Shown one piece after another: positions 59,280-64,000 of a stretch of 64,000 nt of DNA. The position numbers were made by a program, and so were the translations under genes. The stretch comes from Lepidodermella squamata (lineage: Eukaryota > Animalia > Gastrotricha), in NCBI GenBank assembly GCA_047495785.1, contig JBLDXI010000016.1, positions 806,001-870,000 of the forward strand, in the 5' to 3' direction. Every line of letters begins with the position of its first letter. Positions within the stretch are counted from its first letter, which is position 1. The notes under the pieces are model-generated. The model was not told the DNA's origin, did no database searches, and saw only the letters and a list, made by a program, of their open reading frames with translations.

Positions 59280-60135
59280 TCACGGGTTCGCCTCTTCCGT
59301 AACTTCGTAGTCTTCCGGTTCGGCCGTGTTGGTGTTCTCGTGGAGAAGAACGTACTCCCGAGAGCTAAAACCGAATTTCAGCACGTCTTTTTCCTTCAGC
59401 TCGTAATAACGGCGAGGTTCGACCCGCTCGCCATTTAGGAAGGTACCATTGGTTGATTCAAGATCAATAACATACGGCCGGACAACGCGAACTAAAATAG
59501 CAAGCAAAACGTTAAAATTTAAAACATTAAAAGTTCCACCTTAAAAAATTTAAATTATGTATCCAATTCTTATTACCATTGGTGCCGTCTGGTTTTGTGT
59601 GAGGAATTAATCGGTATTGCAATACAGCGTGTTGCTTTGAGCAAGAAGGGTGGTCAACTGGAAAATCGGCAACTAGCCGGTCGCTTCCAATCAAATACGC
59701 CGATTGCCTGTGGACGTACATCACAGGTAAAGCTTCATCACCCTTGAACGGGTAGAAACGCCATCTCTTTCGAGGTTTCATCGCTTCAGGTGGCTCATTA
59801 TACTTGATCACCTTGCCTCGAAACATGTTAGTATCTTCCATGAGTTTTCCCGAAGTTTCAAAGTTCGGTTTTTGCTTAGGGGCTTCCCCTTCGGCTGGCT
59901 TCTCCTCTTTCACCTCCGGTTTGCCCCACTTTATATCCGCAGATTTCATCGGAAATTGAGAAGTCGTGCCTTTATCATTTCGATTCGAATTCCTCGATTC
60001 ATCTTTTACATTATTTTTTGAAGATGAAGATGAAGACTTTTGGTCCCTATCCCTGTCTCGATGAGAATGACGATGTCGCTCTCGGCTCCTATCTCTAGAG
60101 CGAGATCTGGATCTGGATCGACTTCTTCTAGGCAT
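59280..60135 (-). CDS. SNIP1: Smad nuclear-interacting protein 1 (FHA domain; RES complex Pml1 homologue)
   Basis: Exons 60135-59577 and 59491-59280. RS-rich N-terminus, KPNFETSGKL, KYNEPPEA, RQSAYLIG, DHPSCSKQHAVLQYR, PYVIDLESTNGTFLN, FGFSSREYVLL. Confidence 0.96.
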
Positions 60136-60576
60136 TTAATTTGGTCTAAAAAATGAGACAGAAATATATAAGAAACACGATTTTTTAATGAAAAAATATT
60201 AGAATCCATTAGTAAGACAGAAACTATGAGAAGGATCTGATCTATTGAAGAACGCGACAAAGACGACAATAATAATTTTCTCTGATGAAGCAAGTTAAAA
60301 CGACTGCTGAGGTGCAAATAATTACTGAAAAGCGCAAAAAGTAGTTTCACAAACGCAATGCTAACGATCTCATTTCAAGTAAAATTTGATGTTCAACCAT
60401 CGTATCGTCAATTTTTGTATCTCTTCGGCAATCCAAAACAAAACAATAGAATTTAGCACAGAATTATCAGAACGCGATAGAATATTATTCAAAGTTTTGA
60501 CGTGATAACGTAACCATCCGAGTGAAAATTGTTGAAGTATAGGTTGAAAGACCAGGAGATAAGCCCTTAATGCTAG

Positions 60577-61382
60577 TTAACCGAATACCCATTTGACAAG
60601 GTTTGATGACGCGCGGCAGAACGACCATTGGTACGGATTCAGGCGGTGGTTATCGTATAACAGTCGGTCGTCCTCCTGCAGCAGCAAATTTGGCGAACTG
60701 GAGACGATTGAAGGGCAAAGGAGGCGAGTAATTTTTGCTGACAAACACCATGGAGGTTTGCCACCGTTAACATACAGCACGTAAGTGTAGCCGTCATATT
60801 CTCGGCCTTTAATACGATAGTAAGCTGGCAACAATGCATGTAGCTGAAATTGTCGCCGTTCGTAAAATCTTATGGCTGATAAATTTGTAGTCAAAACGTG
60901 GAGAAATACTACGCGGATATCGTGATTGCCGGGCCGCGAGACAAAGTTAATAAGACTAGTCATAAGGATCGATCCGAGTCCATGCTTCTGATATTCTTTT
61001 ACAACTCCCAGCGTCATTACATAAGCAGTTCTCGAAGTCGCGACTGAGCTTCGAGGTAGTATATCAGCATCCTGTAAAATCAAGTTGCAGTTTAGTAATG
61101 GAAAGGTAGTTCAAGACTTACCTCCTTGTTGCAATCTTTAGCTGACTTGATTTCAGCAACAATAGCACCGATTATCACATCTTTATGCACAGCTGCTACC
61201 GTGAAATATCCTTTCGACTCGTTTGTGATATCTTCATACCATGAATCCGGATAATCGACAGGGAACCAATTTTGACAGAGTTTCTTTAGAGTTGTGATGT
61301 CTGATGGTATGAGAGAACGATAAGTTGTATGGTCTAGTACAAAGTCTTCGGGTAGAATTTGCGCATTTTTGACTACCACCAT
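60577..61382 (-). CDS. NAA60: N-alpha-acetyltransferase 60 (NatF)
   Basis: Exons 61382-61122 and 61071-60577. WFPVDYPDSWYEDIT, NKEDADIL, YVMTLGVVKEYQKHGLGS, FLHVLTTN..AIRFYERRQF, DGYTYVLYVNGGKPPW. Confidence 0.95.
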
Positions 61383-61544
61383 TCATCAAAGATGGTAAAT
61401 ATCTAAATTCAAGAATCGAATTAAGACTAGTCAGATAAAAAGACTGGCAATTGACTCGTAGTGTTTCTTTATTTCTTTCTCCATTCAATATACTCTCATA
61501 CTCGGGCTACAGTAAGACAAATCAAAAAGTCGCACCATCACAAC

Positions 61545-62015
61545 TTATTCGTGAGCGCCAGCCTTGTCGAACATGTAGGTAAGATGGCACTTGCCGCAGC
61601 AGTTACGATTGAAATGCTGAGCCATGAAAACACCGGCGCCGCACTCTTTGCTGGGGCACTCGCGACGCAGGCGGCTGATCTTGCCATTGTCATCGACCTT
61701 GTAGTACTTGAGGACGGCGAGCTTGACCTTCTTTTTCTTATGCTTGGTCTTCTTCGGGGTGGTGTAGTTCTTCTTTTTGCGCTTCTTACCACCGAGCAAG
61801 TCGACATTCAGATTGAGGGTCGACAGATCGCAAATGCCATACAAAGACAGTTGCTCGCTATCTTCGAGGGGACGACCACCGAAGCTAACACGCTGTGCAT
61901 CAGCAGCGATACCGACGCGCTCGCAAATCTGCTGCTTGACAACTTGGACAAGGTCCGTTGACTGAACGTTCAACGTGACCGTGCGGCCATCAATGCCCTT
62001 AACGAAGAGCTGCAT
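61545..62015 (-). CDS. RPS27A: Ribosomal protein S27a/eS31 fused to a divergent ubiquitin-like domain
   Basis: 76-aa UBL ending LLGG, then [32 protein letters not shown]...[24 protein letters not shown] (eS31 zinc finger). Confidence 0.96.
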   Translation of the reverse strand: MQLFVKGIDGRTVTLNVQSTDLVQVVKQQICERVGIAADAQRVSFGGRPLEDSEQLSLYGICDLSTLNLNVDLLGGKKRKKKNYTTPKKTKHKKKKVKLAVLKYYKVDDNGKISRLRRECPSKECGAGVFMAQHFNRNCCGKCHLTYMFDKAGAHE

Positions 62016-62477
62016 CTAAACAGAATACAAGTAATTGTATTGTGCATCATCAATGCAAGCTCAAGTGAAGGCATAGCCCAAAGCGCGGCTTGTTGCATCT
62101 CAGCAAGAAGGTAGAAAATAAAAAATGCTCAAAAAGGGTCAAACTAAGCAATGTCGAGAAACGCGCATCGCCAAGATTATTGAAAATATTTCAGAAAAAC
62201 CGGCTTGAACGTATTCAATAATGAACTCTAAACAGTTGGCCGCGCTGAATAAGGGGATTCAGCACAGAAATGAAGGAATCGCACTGGCTACGTTTCCGAG
62301 CAACGTTACCGATGCCGATTCTCGCTCACGTTGCAGCCGCAAGCAAGCATGCCCGCCCAACTCCGACCTTGGGGGAAAAAAATTGGCATTTCTATCGCAC
62401 CGATTATAGCGAAGGATAACAGTTGCCGAAAAATATCATTTCTTAACAAGTATATATTTATGCTTGAAAATTAAATA

Positions 62478-62517
62478 TTTGGCGGGAATTTGGCAGCGCG
62501 AAAAATCGGTTTGGCGG
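62478..62517. promoter_or_regulatory. Cluster of E2F-like sites between RPS27A and PCNA
   Basis: TTTGGCGGGAA (62478-62488), GCGCGAAAA (62496-62504), TTTGGCGG (62510-62517). PCNA is a classic E2F target. Confidence 0.6.
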
Positions 62518-62920
62518 TTTTTTGTCGATTTGATGGCGGATCGTCATTTCCTAGTGATGGGAGCGACGCAACACGCAACGAATTTCCGTCATGTTATTTC
62601 AGAAAACAGACTTCGGGGGAGAAAATCAGTCGCGTTGAATTGTTGGATGTCCTCATTTTTATCTCAGTGGAACTAAATGAAACAACACCCGATTAGATTC
62701 GTGCATAAATGTTTTCATGTTATTTCTGGCTAAATGCAGAAGCCATGGCCGGAAAGCGTCACCAGGTATTAACACGGCTCGATGGCCATCGCATGGTGCT
62801 GTTTTCTTAAAAGTTATTTGCAGCAACGCGATTTACTGACTATTATTTCTATTATAATCAGTATTAAGCATCCGCCTGTGTTGCCTTGAGCCGTAACTTC
62901 GAATTTGTATATTTATCTAG

Positions 62921-63860
<940 letters not shown>

Positions 63861-64000
63861 ATCACGCCAATTCTCTCTTAACATTCTCCTCTACGCATTC
63901 TGATCTATGCTAATTTCATCATTGACACTACGCTTATTTCATGTGTTACTAACATCGATAATTTCTGCATGCTTAGATTTGTCTCTGCCCGGTTTTGACA

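Overview
Gene-dense eukaryotic DNA from an animal with motile cilia (GT-AG introns, very AT-rich introns; the taxon cannot be fixed from this window). 1-21 kb holds the 3' 20 exons of an outer-arm axonemal dynein beta heavy chain (DNAH9/11/17 type). Its introns carry MITEs, four copies of a ~90-nt structured repeat, and an antisense nested gene. That gene reconstructs to a 685-aa protein: signal peptide, L-type (legume/VIP36-like) lectin domain, Ser/Thr stalk and a divergent Cys-loop ligand-gated ion channel. This lectin-channel fusion is the most unusual item. Next come a palindromic hAT-like MITE, a small secreted protein, a type II membrane glycosyltransferase-like protein, an intronless 8-Sushi protein followed closely by alpha-amylase, two tandem XPR1 paralogues (one with altered pore residues), a claudin-like tetraspan, an orphan gene opposite DNAL4, and a mucin-like protein. 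47.9-62 kb is a co-oriented, tightly spaced run of seven housekeeping genes (RPS27A with a divergent ubiquitin-like head, NAA60, SNIP1, VPS35L, an orphan, an endonuclease IV/APN1, PSMD10). Each has a splice acceptor just before its ATG, which suggests an SL trans-spliced operon. PCNA is transcribed divergently from it. All gene models were built by hand from splice signals and remembered family motifs; no searches were run.
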